The position numbers and the translations under genes were made by a program. Shown in pieces: positions 37,156 to 49,439 of a DNA stretch of 49,439 bases; position 1 is the first letter of the stretch; each line of letters begins with the position of its first letter. The notes under the pieces were generated by a model, which did no database searches, had not been told where the DNA came from, and worked only from the letters and a program-made list of their open reading frames with translations. The stretch is from Hyphochytrium catenoides (lineage: Eukaryota > Protista > Hyphochytriomycota): positions 1 through 49,439 of the forward strand of contig FLMG01002325.1 in assembly GCA_900088475.1 (NCBI GenBank). Reading direction: 5' to 3'.

Positions 37156-40100
37156 CTAACTCTGCGGGCCCTCGATCGTCGCTCCCGCAAGTGGCTCGCC
37201 TGTGAGCGTGTGAAAGACTTCAGTCCAGGGCATTGAGTGCAACGCATCGACAAGGATACCAAGATCTGGTCGCGAGAGAGACTGCAACTCTGCGACGATC
37301 TGAGGAAGGGAGAGAGAGGGAAGCTTGTGCAGCACAGAGAGAAGAAAGGGTCTCTCCTCCTCATCTCTATATGGCAAGCCTGCTACCGCGATAGAGAGAG
37401 AGAGAGAGCCTAATGTAGGGATAGAGGACGGAGACTCCTCTTCATGATCCCTTGTTGGCTTTCCTTCCGCTTTCTCTCTCTTTTCTGCTGTCTCTTTGCT
37501 TAGCACTGGCTCCATGGTAACTGTAGGAGAAGCAAGAATCCCGTTGCTTGTTTCTTCTCCCCTCTCTACCTCAGGGATGTCAATTTGCCCTGTCTGTATG
37601 CGGTCTTTGCTTACCCCCTTCTCTATGTCTTTCTTCCCTTCTCCATTCTCCCCATCTCTCTCGCTCTCTTCACTCTCTCCTACGTACTGCACATCAAAGG
37701 TTCCATTCATTCTGATCCTCAGGATCCTCGCTCTCCGCCATTCTCTCTCTACACTCTCTAAGGCTTGGGAGAGGACAGCGACAGTGCTTCCCTCTTTCAA
37801 AGAGAGAGAGAGGGTGCTCCGTATAGAAGAAGGGAGCTCGGGACATAGCGAAGTAGTGTCTTTCTTCCCTTCCACTTCCTCCCCTTCCTCTACGACCTGC
37901 GTGTGCTCATATGGCTCAGCGGGTGTCGAACTTTCCTTTGGCATAGAGAGAGAAGGGGAGACAGCCGCTGTTTGAGCTATTGGGTTCTGCTGTGTCTCCG
38001 ATGAAGAAAAAAGCAACCTCTCTTTCTTTACACCTTTCTCTATCCGCTGGTCGTCGCAGAATCTGACGTCAAAGGTCCCATTCATACGGATTCGCTCTAT
38101 CAGCGCCAAGGCTGGGGTCCCAGATGGAAGAAGGACAGAGAGAGTCATACCCTCTCTCGGAATACCACGGACAGACGTTTCTTGACTGGTATCTTTCTTT
38201 CTATCATCATTTCCCTTCGGCGTGTCTCTCTCTCTAGCCTCCCGAGGAAACGCAAGCTCTATTGCATTCTTCAGACAAATGCTCTCCGGCACTCTATCCT
38301 CCCCCTTCTGCCGGTTGTCCTCTTGAGGGACGCTCCTTTCTCCCCATGGCGCTGTTCGCTCTCTCTCCTTTACTGTCTCCTGATCATCCAGCTGCGACTC
38401 CTTAGTGTTCTTCTCCTCGTCAGACTCTTTCTCATCATGAGAGAAGGGTGTCTTGCCTCTATCGTTGTCTTGTTCGACCGCAGTAGGAAGAGGAAGTCTA
38501 GCTTCTTCAGAAAAGGGATCGCTGAAAAGGCATTTGTCTTCTCTCCTCTCTTTCTCTGTCTCTGACACGCTCTTTCTTATCTCTTGCGCCCTCCCTTGTT
38601 CAGTAAACAGTGGAAGAAGAGAACGAGGAAGGTCCTCTGTCCCGTTAGTCCGACAGTCCAGTTCTTTCTCTGCAGGAGAGAGATTCTCCGACAGGAAAGA
38701 AGATTCTGTTTCGTGGCTCCTTTCTCTACCGTTTCTCTCAGCGTCGTTCTCTCTTCCTTTCTCTTTCAAAGGAGAACTTCTGCTTGTCCCTAGAAGATTC
38801 TCTAGGGCTTCTTCTTCCTCCGTCCTCTCCCCCATCTCTTCTCTGAAGGTAAGAAGACGGGCAGAGGCAGTCTCCTCTGATAGAGCAAAGGCTCTGATGG
38901 CAGTCGCTAGAAGATCATCGGAGAGAAACTGGCCCTCCTCCTTCTCCCTCTTTCTCTCTTTCTCATATGTCGCGTGTTCCTCTCTCTCTTCTCTTGGACT
39001 TGGCAAATGTAATGAAGGGACTGTTCTGCTTTCGTCAGCTTGTCTCTCCTTCTCTATCGCCTCCTGACCGTCTGCGTCCTTACTATGGACTATGAGGTCT
39101 TCTCTCTCTTTTGACTGCGCCTGCTCTGGCTCTTTCTCGTCTAGGGCCACGCTCATCGCTGGAGGCCTAAGGACGCCTTCTTGCTGGTTCCTGATGATGG
39201 TTTCCTTTCTTTCAAGCTCTCTTTCAACNNNNNNNNNNNNNNNNNNNNNNNNNNNNNNNNNNNNNNNNNNNNNNNNNNNNNCAGGTTCTCTTCTGATCCC
39301 TGCTGCTCGTCTCTCTCGGAAACAGGGGAAAAGGAGTCGCTCTTGGTCTCTTCCTGCTCGGCTCTTACCTGGAAATGAGCCTCTGCTCCTCTCTCTTCTC
39401 CTTGACTACTTCTTTGTTTGTCTGGGAGACCGGTCGACGATTCTCTCTCCGTTTCTTCTCCGTTGTCTCCGGAGAGTCTCCCTTTCTCATCCCGTCCTTC
39501 ACGTTCTTTCTCATTTTCTTCCAAGAGCCTCTGCTCCTCCGAAGTTCTTTTCAGTATAACTTCCCTGTCCATTCTTCTCTCTGTGTCTCCTCCATTGTCC
39601 GTGTTCTCTTCCTTTTCTTCATTTCGTTGTTCTACTTCCTCCTTTTCTCCCTCATCTCCATCGTACTCAGTGTATCTTTGAGTCTCTTCCTTCCCATTCT
39701 GCGCATTGTGCTTGCTTGCACTAGAAGCCTTCAGCGGTGCTTGGCTGACGCCACTGATGTTAGCGGTAGGCTCAGCAATATCGGGAGCAAGGACAGGAGA
39801 CAGAAAGAAGCATGAGCCCACAGGAGGTTGGAGAGCAGGACCATGTGAAGAGCAGGAGGGAGACAACGAGGAAATGGTCAAGGAAGAGCTGGTGTCCTTG
39901 ATGTCTGGATGGGCGACAAGAGAAAGAGTTGAAGCTTCGTTGCCCCGATGAGGAACGGCTCCCTGCTGCACCTGAGAAAGGTCCTGATGCTTTCCGTGTC
40001 GTGTCTCTCTTGCTTCCTCTCCATCTGTTGGCTCTTCACCAGTCTCTCTTCCGGCAGCCTCGGTCACTTCTAGCTGAGGCTGGGCGGGAAGGAAGGTCCC

Positions 40101-43100
40101 TTCAGGAGAGAAAGAACATGGAAGAGCAGATGAGGTCTCTCCTTCCTTCAATGATTCACGTACGGAGGGGAAGGGAGCCGTGGTGGATGTTTCTTCCCTC
40201 GGCCTTTCTATGGAGAGTGAGGACGGCGCTGCAAGGGAGGTACCGGCCACCTCAGGGAACGAAGAAGAGACAGGAGGCGGCATGCTCTCTCTCTCCTCAA
40301 GCTTTTCGTCTCTGATCTCCTGCACTCTCTCCTCGTGCGCAGGCTGATCAACCTCTCGCTCTCTAACTTCTTGGTAGTGTTCGCTGGAGCACTCTCCCTC
40401 AGAGTCCTTGATCTGTCTCGCGGTCTGTTCCTTTATTTCTTCTTTGTCCCAGCCTCTGGTTATTTTATGAGAACTTGTGGAGATGGTTTCCTCTCTCTCC
40501 GGCACCGCTGCTGGCGCATTATCCACTCTCACACACTCTTTCTCTTTGTCCTTTGACTGTTCCCTCAATTCCTCGTTGAGGGTCTCACTCTGTTCTGGTC
40601 TCAGTTCAATGAAGTCTGCCTCCGTCGTGGTTCTCTCTCTCGTTTGCTCTTCCTCTCCAGCCACTTCCGCCTCTCCTTTTCTCTTTACCTCCCGTCCAGC
40701 GGGAGCCTCTCCGTCTTTCTGAGCTTCAAATCCTTGCGCTCTCCCTTGCGCTGTTTCTCCCTGGCTGAGATCTCTCATCTCCGGGAAGCTTTCCTCTTGC
40801 ACTGTCTCTTCGCAGGCTGACGTCGTGTCAGTATCTCTTCCTTTCAGACACTGAGCTTCCTCCGCATCTTCCGGCTGCTCTGCCTCGCCATTGATTGGCG
40901 CTGCGTCTCCACGTAGCACTTTTTCTTCTTGTCGCTCAATTTCGTGCTTCACCTGCGTCGCTTGCACGTGTTCTTCTACGTTCTTCTCCGTCTCTTCTCT
41001 CATTGACTTTTCTTTCTCTCTGGAAGATTGGAGTGTGTGTCTTTCGTCTCTCTTGATCGTAGCTCTCGCCTCTTTGTCTCTCACTCTTTCCTGTTTCTCT
41101 TCTTCCTCCAGAGATCTCCTGTCTTCTACTCCTCCGGCTCTAGATGGATTCCCTGCATTATGAGGCCCACTAAGCGAGAGGGAGATGTTCTCCTTGTTTT
41201 CTTCCTCAATTGTTGGCGCTGTCTTGCAATGGGAGAGAGAAGAACCGCCAGCTTTGCCAGCAGAGAGAGTGAAAGGGCAGCTTGAGCTCGCGGTTTCTAC
41301 AATCTCTACGTCTTCCCGAGCATTACCCAGGGTGTCCCTCCGTTCCCCTTGAGTGGTCTCCCTTTCTCGATCCTCTCCGGTGGCATCCACTCTCTCTCCC
41401 CCATGGAGCTCAGAGGTCTCACTAGCCTGCAAGAAAGAAGGAGCTGCCTTCTGCCTCCTCCGTCCTCTCTCTCTCTTCAACCAAGCTCTCACGGCTTTCT
41501 GCAAGACCTTGGCAGCGGAGGCGTGAAGCTGATGGAGCTGGACAAGGAGTGTACGCCGAGAGGTGCGAAGAGACGTAGAAGGAGAGAGAGGAAGAGATGA
41601 GGAGCTAGCGGCCGAAAGAGGCGGAAGAGATTTGGTCCCCAGAAGAGGAGAAGATGAACGGGACGAAGGAGAAATAGAAGACGAAGGAGGAACTCTACTT
41701 CCAAGGAGAGGAACCGATATAGCGTGGCTGCCGTCAGCTAAGGGAAGAGAAGAGGAAGAGGAAGAGAGAGCAGAAGACAAAGGAGGTGGAGCAGGGGTGT
41801 GGACAGGCATCCGTCCCTCGGTATCCTGACTCTCGCTGGTCAGAGAATCATTTGCTTTCTCTCCATCTCTTGGCTTTCTTCTTCGTAGCTCTCTTCCTGT
41901 CTGGGGCAATTCTTTCAAGCTGTGCGGCTGGCTAGTTCCCTCTCGCGGCCTATCCTCTTTGCTCTCTCCCATCGTGCGCCCGTCCATACTCTCCCTGAGC
42001 TCCTTCTCAGGCCCCGGCTCTTCCTTCTGTCCCTCGACACTGGTCAAGCTCTCTCCTCTTTCCACGGCTTTCTCTGGGTCTCTCTCACTTTTTAGGGCCA
42101 CTTTTTCCTGCCTCTCTCTTTCCTTTTCAAGCTGGTCCTCGCCCTTCTCTTCTCTCTCTCTCTTGGGCAACTGCTCAACGTCATCTTCTGGCGCCTTTCT
42201 CTCTTCCGTCGTATACCCTGCTTTTCTCACAAAGTCTTCCCTCTCCTTATCAATTTTCGTGGTGGTACTTGTTTCTCTTCTTCCTCTCTCTTCAGCTCCT
42301 TGACCGTCCACTGGGGTCTCTGAAGAGAGAGTTTCGGATGAGAGAGAGAGAGAAGACGTCAAGAGTGACTCTTCCTGTCGTCTGCAGACACCCTCTATGA
42401 ACTCTTGCATGGAAGAAAGCTTCTCGTTCAATGCAAAGAGAGAGAGAGTCGGGCCATCGTCCTCTTCCTCGCTCCCTTCCTCTTCTTTAACTTTGCTTTG
42501 CGCTGTCTTCGGTTGGACTTCCTGGCTCAGACCTCCCTTCTCTTCCCCTCTCCGCAGTCCTGTCCATCCTTTGGCTAAATGATCAAAGTCATAGAGATCA
42601 TCTCCATCGTCTTTCTTAGGTGGGAGATTGGGAAGAGACTCTTTCTTTCTTCGTTCCTCCAGCCTCGTCTCCCTCTTTTCACGGCCTTGATTGGCTTTGG
42701 AGGAAGGTGAGAGCCGTTGTAGGACTAACTTTGCAGCCTCCTGAGCTTCCAGAAGCCGAGCTACAGCTTGATCCACTGCCCCACTCTCCTCGTCTCCTTC
42801 TTCGTCCCTTTCCCTCTCCTTGTCTCTATCTCTCTTCCCTCTTTCTGTCCACGTCTCCTCCTCTTCGTCCTCTATTAAGTCTTTTCCTTTATGCTCTTCT
42901 TCATAGGCAGATAGAAGAAGCGCCGCTGCCCCCGCGATCTTCCCTTTCAGACTACCTTCCGACCCCCGTGTAGACTTGGATGCAAGCTCTCGCAATCTTC
43001 TGACATGAGAGACTGAGACGGAGCCTTCTCTCTCTTCGATGATCTTTCTCTCTTCGCCTACGTCCTGCTCCTCATCTCCAGCTCTCCTTAGGTTCTGTTC

Positions 43101-46100
43101 CCGAAGAATCTCTAGGGAAGGAGTAGAACCTTCAGGGAGAACAGGGGTGCCAAGGAGAGAGAAGAGAGACGCGGAAAGAGAAGAGCAGTGCAAAATGAGA
43201 GACGAGGCGTCAGTCAAACTAACTGTCTCTCTTAATAAGGCTTGATTTGCAAGCGTCCTCTTTGATCTCACCCCTTTCAGCCCTTCTCATGAGTTCTCTC
43301 TCGCTACTGCTCGCAAGGTCACTCTCTCTCCTAAGCGGCGGTGCGTACAAGCCGTAGCTCCCCAAGCCAGGCAATGCTGTTGAGGGTGCTTTCGTTTCTG
43401 TTCTTCCTTCGTCCTTAATGCCTACATTCATTAGCGACAAGCAAAGTTACTCTGTGGCGGCCAAGGACAGCACCAAGGTAGGGATCCCAAAGAGGAGAGA
43501 GAAAAATAATAGCACCGATCTCTTATTCTCTTCTCTCTTTTAACTTCACTAAGGAGAAGAGAGAGACGAGCGAGAATGTAGGTTGACTGAGACAGGAAGA
43601 GAGGGGATAGAAGGGAAAGGAAAGGAGAGAGAGAGGTGATGAGAAGAAGAACAGAAAGTCGATCAGAGAGCTTATAGAGCTCACCTCTAAAAGATGAGCC
43701 CCGAGAACCACGCGGTGTTCTCTTCTCTACTCCATACTCTAGATCACGCTTAGCCTGAGTGTCCCGTCTTCTTGCACTCAGATGACCGCTCCCTCCCAAG
43801 CTGCTCCTGACCAGACAACAAGCTCAGAGAAGAACAACCACAGAGGACAGAAGCAGAAGACTAGAAAAAAAGTATGAGGTACAGCAAGCACCTTTGTGGA
43901 GAAGCAGGACGATGAGGAAAGAGAAGGAGTAAAATTGCGAGTGCAGGGTATCGACACTAATGTTAGGTCCCTCCGGATCATGGGGTTGTCTACCTGCTTC
44001 TGTCTTTAGGGCTTCTAGGGGACAGATGAACCCTGGACAAAGCCTACGACAGCAACCAGGTCATCCCAGGCGAGAGAAGAGACAGAGAAAGAACGTAGAG
44101 TGCGGAATGGAATCGTACGAGGAATGGGTATTTGCTTAAAGCTTATAGCAGGAAGGCGGTTGGAGAAGATGTTTGATGGAAGACAAGAGAGAGACTTAAT
44201 CGACCCGGCACCTGCTTCGCCTCTTCATAGGCTCTCTCTATGCTGTTACAGAGCTCTGCCATCTTCTCTCTATGCTGGCTCACAATATTGTGGGCCCGCT
44301 GGTACCACTAGATATGGAAACTTAGTCAGAAGTGTGAGAGGAAGGAAGAGAAACAAAGAAGGAGTGAATGCAGAAGAACAAAAAGATAAAGAAACAGAGA
44401 GATCGAGAGCGGCATGGCAACTCTAGCAAAGAAAAAGGGAAAGAAGCAGTGTGATCTTGTTTGTCCTTGTCTGTCATCTTGGAGGTCTGCCATTTCTAAG
44501 CGTTTCCCTACCTGCAGTGATCCCTCCGCTCTCTGGGTGTACTCTGCCTCTACGCCGAGGTTATAAAGGGCAATCGCAAGGGTTGTCGTCGTCTCCATGC
44601 GCAGAGTCTCTATCTCTTCTTTGTCCACCTCTTTTATGCCCATGTCGTGGGTCTGTTTCCCTTTCGCTTCACTCTCTCTCTCCAACGTACGCAGCTCTTC
44701 TTGGGCGTGAAAGACTGCATCATGAGCATTCTCGTATGCTTCCTCGTGTCTAGTAGCAGAACAGTCAGGGGCGGAGAGGCTCAGTGGCATGCAAAATAAA
44801 AAGGGAGCGATGTTCAAAGGGAGATCGGCGCAGAGAAGAGAAAGAGAACGAGGGAGAGAGACTCGCAAAGAAAATAGAAACAGAACTGCATGGGCGAGGA
44901 CACTGGCGCCAGAAGGCCCAAACAGGGAGCTACGAGCTTAGAAGGAGAAAGGATATTCAGGAACGATAAAGGAGAAGCTAAAGGAGGAAGAGAGAGGAAG
45001 AGCGAGAGCGAGAAAAGAACGAGAGACGGAAAGTAGGAGAGAAAGACAGAGAGAGACAGAGAGTCAGAGAAAAGGTTTGGCCGAAAGAGATATACCTTCC
45101 AAGCTCGGAGAGTACGGCACAGAGATTGAGGTACGCCAGAGCTGTGTTCCTCACTTGGGGGAAATCTGCTGAGGCTTGAACTGCGTCTAGAAGATATTCC
45201 AGGGCAAGCTTCTTCCTCCCCGTCCTGGGCAAAGAAGAGCAGGAAGGAGAGAGACAGCCACGGGCGGAGGTCATTGAGAGAGCCCAGAAGAGGCATGAGG
45301 ATGTTTATGAGACGGAGTCAGAAAGGGGAGATAGTATATCTCTGACTAAACAGATCAAGAGCGCAAGAAAAGACAGGGAGGAGCTGCGAGGAAAGCGGAG
45401 ACTTTCTATAGAGAGAGATGTATCGGACTAGCTTCGCCTTAGAAAGCTAGCGTCTGTCGTTCCTTGTCTTCTCTTACCTCCTGTGCATACAACCGATGTT
45501 GTTCAAGGTGAGGACCAGCAAGGGCTGCAGGAGTGGCGAGGGAGAGAAGCTTTCTAGGAGCTGATTTGTCTCAAGAAGGACGCGTTCACACTCCTCTGTC
45601 TCCCCTTGGAAGTACAAACGTGAGTTAGCTTAAAGGGCAAAGCGAGTAGTGGAGAGAAGAGGGGAACGAAGACACCTGAGGCTGAAAGCACGAAAGGAAA
45701 GAACGACGAGTGAGGAGCGATAACGGGAAAGAGAGAGAGACACAGAGAGATGGACCGATCCCGAAAGTGGAAAGTTACCTTGAGCTAGCAGCTCCATGGC
45801 CAGCTTGTTGCTCGCCTTAGCATATTTGACAGCAGCTGCGGCGGTAACCTCGTCCTGCAGACGAGGAAGGTTAAGAGCTAAGTTGAGCGGAGTCGTTACC
45901 CCGATCTTTCTGCGTACACTTCATATAGGACACTCTCTCCTCTTCCTCTTGGCTCTTCTTCTTACTCTGTTTGAGGTTACTTAGCCTACCATAGATGCCT
46001 GCTCATCCCTTCCTTGCTGCTTGTCTCTCCTACTCTTCTCTTTCTCTCCCTCTCTGGAGAGTCGGCTATGTGTTCCCCTTCCCTTACAATCTCAGGCCAC

Positions 46101-46269
46101 TGAACTTGCCTCGTCGCTAAGAGTCTTTCGCTTTATCCGAAGGTTCTGCTCTAGGTAGGCCAAGGTCTGCGGACGGGAGAAGAGTGAACTTATGGTAAAT
46201 GGACGAGGGACATACATTCTTTACATCAAGAGCCAGAGCTAAGACTAAGCAGTAATAGAAGAGAGGAAC

Positions 46270-46318
<49 letters not shown>

Positions 46319-46536
46319 GGAGAAGCAGCAGAGAGACAGCCAGACCGACGGACCTTAGTGGACAGCAAGAGAGACGACATGAACTGAAGAGATGAGAGAA
46401 TTGAGTAGCTTACTTTTTTCCGGGGAGACGGGGCAGGAGGAGGAGAGTTGCGCCGCCTATTCTCTGAGGAACGTGACGAGGGGAGAGACTGCTTCTGTCG
46501 TCCTCCACCTTTTGAAGATGCTGATCGCCTCTTCAT
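37156..46536 (-). CDS. Very large protein with N-terminal TPR repeats, a long E/R/S-rich disordered region with an IQ motif, and two C-terminal Tudor-like repeats
   Basis: Small 5' exons encode TPR helices (LTLNNIGCMHRR, LAYLNLCAVLSELGRHEEA, LAIALYNLGVEAEY, WYQRA). ORFs 39153-43271 and 37156-39156 join across the N gap. IQ-like AAKVLQKAVRAWLKR; two RIRMNGTFDV..IEKGV units. The middle exon structure and both ends are tentative. Confidence 0.7.
45855..46109 (-). other. GC-AG intron in the TPR-IQ-Tudor gene
   Basis: Donor GAG|GCAAGT and acceptor CTGCAG|GAC; joins KTLSDE to DEVTAAAVKY in frame. Confidence 0.7.
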
Positions 46537-46904
46537 CCTTCCACGCAAGTACCCTACTCTCGCTCGCGCTCTCTCTCGACTCTTCCTCCTCCTCACAGCT
46601 GCTTATCACTCTTTTGCTGGGTCAGACCTCTTCTTCCGGCAGTCAGGAGAGCGTCACCCGCACGGAGTATAGAGGACTTGAGCATCGGAACACTCTCGAT
46701 CTTGTCTCCCTCCTTCTCTTCTTGCATCTTAACTCAGAGCTCTCGACACTCGTGAGACAAACAGTCGACGATATCTTTGCCTGCAGCTTGAGCTGCGTCT
46801 TCTTTCCTTTCTCGACCAGACACCGGCTTATCTTTCTTCCTGCACTTTCTCATACTCTCGCGGACTAATTGTTTCTATCTCCTCCATCGCTGTCTCTCGC
46901 TTTC

Positions 46905-47400
46905 ATAGCGCTCTCTCTCCGTCTCTCCGTCTCTCTTCTCTCCTCTCTCCTCTCTCCTCTCTCCTCTCTCTTCTCTCTCTCTCTCTCTCTNNNNNNNNNN
47001 NNNNNNNNNNNNNNNNNNNNNNNNNNNNNNNNCCTATATAAACCTTCCCCCTCTCTCTCTCTCTCTCTCACTGCTTTCTACAAATTCTTCTGTCTCTTTC
47101 TGTCTCTCTGTGCCTCAAAGCGAAAAGCCACAATCAATTCCCACAAGGGAAGCTCATACATTAGGAAAGGGAATAGCATATTCCCTCAATGTCCGTTATT
47201 TCTCCACTTTGCACGATGGGAAGGAGAAGGAATGAGAGGAGACAGAGTGAGGAGAACCAAGGAGGCAAGAGGCTGACTGACTGAGAGAGAAAGAGTGGGA
47301 CAGAGAGAGAAGAAGAAGGAGAGAGAGAGAGAGAGNNNNNNNNNNNNNNNNNNNNNNNNNNNNNNNNNNNNNNNAGAGAGAGAAGAGAGAGGGAGAAAAG
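46905..47400. repeat. (CT)n and (GA)n tracts flanking two assembly gaps
   Basis: A CT run before gap 46991-47032 and GA runs around gap 47336-47374. Confidence 0.85.
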
Positions 47401-47831
47401 AGGGAAGAGAGAAGGAGGAGGAGGGGAAGGGGAGGAGTAGGAGAAGCGTACTGAACGCACGGACAGACTGGAGAGCGAACTAGAGGCAGGTGGTAGATGA
47501 GGTAGATAGATGTCTTGGCTTGGCCTAAGACAGAGCACTGTTAGTGCTAAAGTAAAGGGTGAGGGATAGAGATGATTAGAAGGCAACGTCAAGGGGCCAG
47601 GGCGCTTATATAGATGCTCCCACTGCATTGCATCAACCTAGCATCGCACCGTCGGGTGTACTTTGCCCCCGTCTTTGGCGAAAAAAATCGAAGGTTTTGA
47701 GATAAAGCTTTTATCAGAGAGGTGTCCAAGAGTCTTCAGAGCCCCAGGAGCTGGAGACTAGACACCGAGGTTGCAGACGGAAGACGAGAGGGCCGCACTG
47801 AGGTCCTTCTTTCTTTTTTATTCTCTTTAGA

Positions 47832-49439
47832 ATGCCGCCCAAGGCTTCTGGCAAGGGCAAGAAGAAGAAGAATGACGTCCCTGCAGTGGGTAAGCTAGCA
47901 AACTCTTATGAGGGAAAGCCTGCCACAGTCTGCTCATCCTCACCCCATCCTTTGCTCTAGAGTCTTCAAACATGGCCGCAGTGCTCAAGTACTTTCAGTC
48001 CATGTGCAGGCTCCTTTCCATAGATCCCAACCCGCAACTGCTCAAGCTGCTCAAGAATAAAGTGACGGAGGAAGCAGAGAGCCCCGTCCAGCAGGTGCGA
48101 ACTGTCTGAAAGGACACCTGGCTAACAAGAGCAGGAGATGGAGCACTGAGAATGGGAAGTTTGGGAGGGAGAGAGACTAAAGATGGACAACTGAGAGGAG
48201 TTGGTGATGAGCAGGTAACGGAGTCTCACATGCTAATATTATCGTCTTTTCAGCTCATTCTGGAGTCAGAGATCGGGACATTGTCGGCAGGAGACATGAA
48301 AGCACTCGTCAGCGCACTTTTGATATCCTTTTAGCGTTTTCGAAGGCATCCGTTCTGCAACTCTTCTTTTTTCCTCAGTGGATCTTAGACTATTACCACC
48401 ACCTCTATCTTTATCTCGCTTCTTCTTCTCCCTCTCTTGCTCTGCTCCTCTCTCTCTCGCGCGCGCACTCCCTCTTCTTCCGCGCATCCTCCATCCTCTC
48501 GGCAACTTGACTTCTTCTCCTTCGACGCACACTCCTTCGTCTTTCTTCCCGTGTTGCTTTCTCTGTCTCTTTCTCTGTCTCTTTCCATTCCGTCTCACTA
48601 TTTATCGTCATGTCGCCACCATTATTCCATGTTGTCCTGCCGGATGTGCGATCCACCTTAACTCCTGTTCACGCGAGCACGCCAAGCGTTTCTGGGATCC
48701 CCTACAGACTTCTTTCCTCTCTTAGATTCTGGCAGTGCACAATCACTAACGATGCTGCAGCTAATCTGGTAACTCTATCACGACCATCCCTGTCGTCTTA
48801 CTCTATCTTTCTGTGTCTCTCTTTGTCTCTCTATCTATCTATCTAACCATCTACTATCTCTCCGTCTCTCACACTCTCTCTCACTTTCTCTCTCTCTCTC
48901 TCTCTCTCCCTCCCTCTCTCCCTCTCTACCTATCTATCTATCTATCTATCTCCCTCTCTCTCTCTCCTCTCTCCCTCTCTCTCCATCCTCTCTCTGTTCT
49001 CTTTATGATTTCTTGACTTGCCCCTCTTTGGCTAACTCTGCAGACACTCTATGAACTAACTCCCTGCATCTCCATGTGCTGCCTACCGCCCTTGTCATCA
49101 CCTTAAACCAGTCCGCGCTCATCCGGACGCAAGAGCTTCCACTATTCAAGTTCTTGGAGCTGGTAGACACGCGGATAGGAACTACAGGGTACGGAGGCCG
49201 TCCGTGTGGGAGACTCTCTTCTTTTGGGGTCAAACGTTCCCGTCTACCCACAGGGTCATTCTTTATCTTCCCTACATGCAGATGCACATTCTGGTTTTAG
49301 TTGTTTCGACAGATGTTCTTACTCCTTATCTTCTTCAACGTATGGCGGCGGCCGGGGATTTTACTTCTGTCTGAGCCGAATCTGACTTATTTTGTTTACC
49401 CATCAGCTTTGACGCCTTAGGGAAGGCGCTCTCTATGGA
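47832..49439 (+). CDS. Leucine-rich repeat (RNI-like, LRRC73-like) protein, 5' part; continues beyond the window
   Basis: Exons: MPPKASGKGKKKKNDVPAV | ESSNMAAVLKYFQSMCRLLSIDPNPQ... | LILESEIGTLSAGDMKALVSALL | ASTPSVSGIPYRLLSSLRFWQCTITNDAAANL | SALIRTQELPLFKFLELVDTRIGTTG. Confidence 0.75.
48323..48672 (+). other. U12-type (minor spliceosome) AT-AC intron, 350 nt, phase 0
   Basis: 5' site ATATCCTTTT, branch CCTTAAC at 48656-48662, terminal AC ~10 nt later. Removing it restores the frame. Confidence 0.88.
48800..49000. repeat. (ATCT)n plus (CT)n compound microsatellite in an LRR gene intron
   Basis: tatctatcta runs interleaved with ctctct. Confidence 0.9.

Noticed and set aside
39153-39290. 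Apparent frameshift or overlap between the 1372-aa and 666-aa ORFs
   Set aside because: It coincides with an N gap of arbitrary length. After the gap the frame VERELERKETIIRNQQEGVLRPPAMSVALD runs straight into the second ORF, so it is an assembly artefact.

Overview
Gene-dense, intron-containing eukaryotic DNA in the standard genetic code, from a draft assembly with several N gaps beside (GA/CT)n microsatellites. It is probably a flagellated stramenopile (inference from C-x4-C-x9-C-x2-H finger arrays, RIRMNGTFDV Tudor-like repeats, a CPR ending IQELWS and an ARL16 gene). About 17 protein genes were reconstructed by hand. They are a CUE-family-like coiled-coil protein, ARL16, a CCDC191/Sfi1-like protein, a CAMK-group kinase, GAR1, an intronless ankyrin-TRP channel, an intronless NADPH-cytochrome P450 reductase, TatD, F-box/LRR, FKBP12 (missed by the ORF track), a WRKY19-like zinc-finger array, mitochondrial thiolase, a giant TPR-IQ-Tudor protein, an LRR protein and three orphans. 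No tRNA, rRNA, CRISPR array or intact transposon was recognised. The most notable observations are: (1) a textbook U12-type AT-AC minor-spliceosome intron at 48323-48672; (2) a ~1 kb relic reading frame riddled with stops at Gln/Arg-like positions, suggesting RIP-like C-to-T hypermutation (27660-28680); (3) a TRPA-like channel with a divergent S6; (4) partition of the window into microsatellite-invaded, putatively ciliary genes and compact housekeeping genes. All gene models are manual and have not been verified with transcripts.
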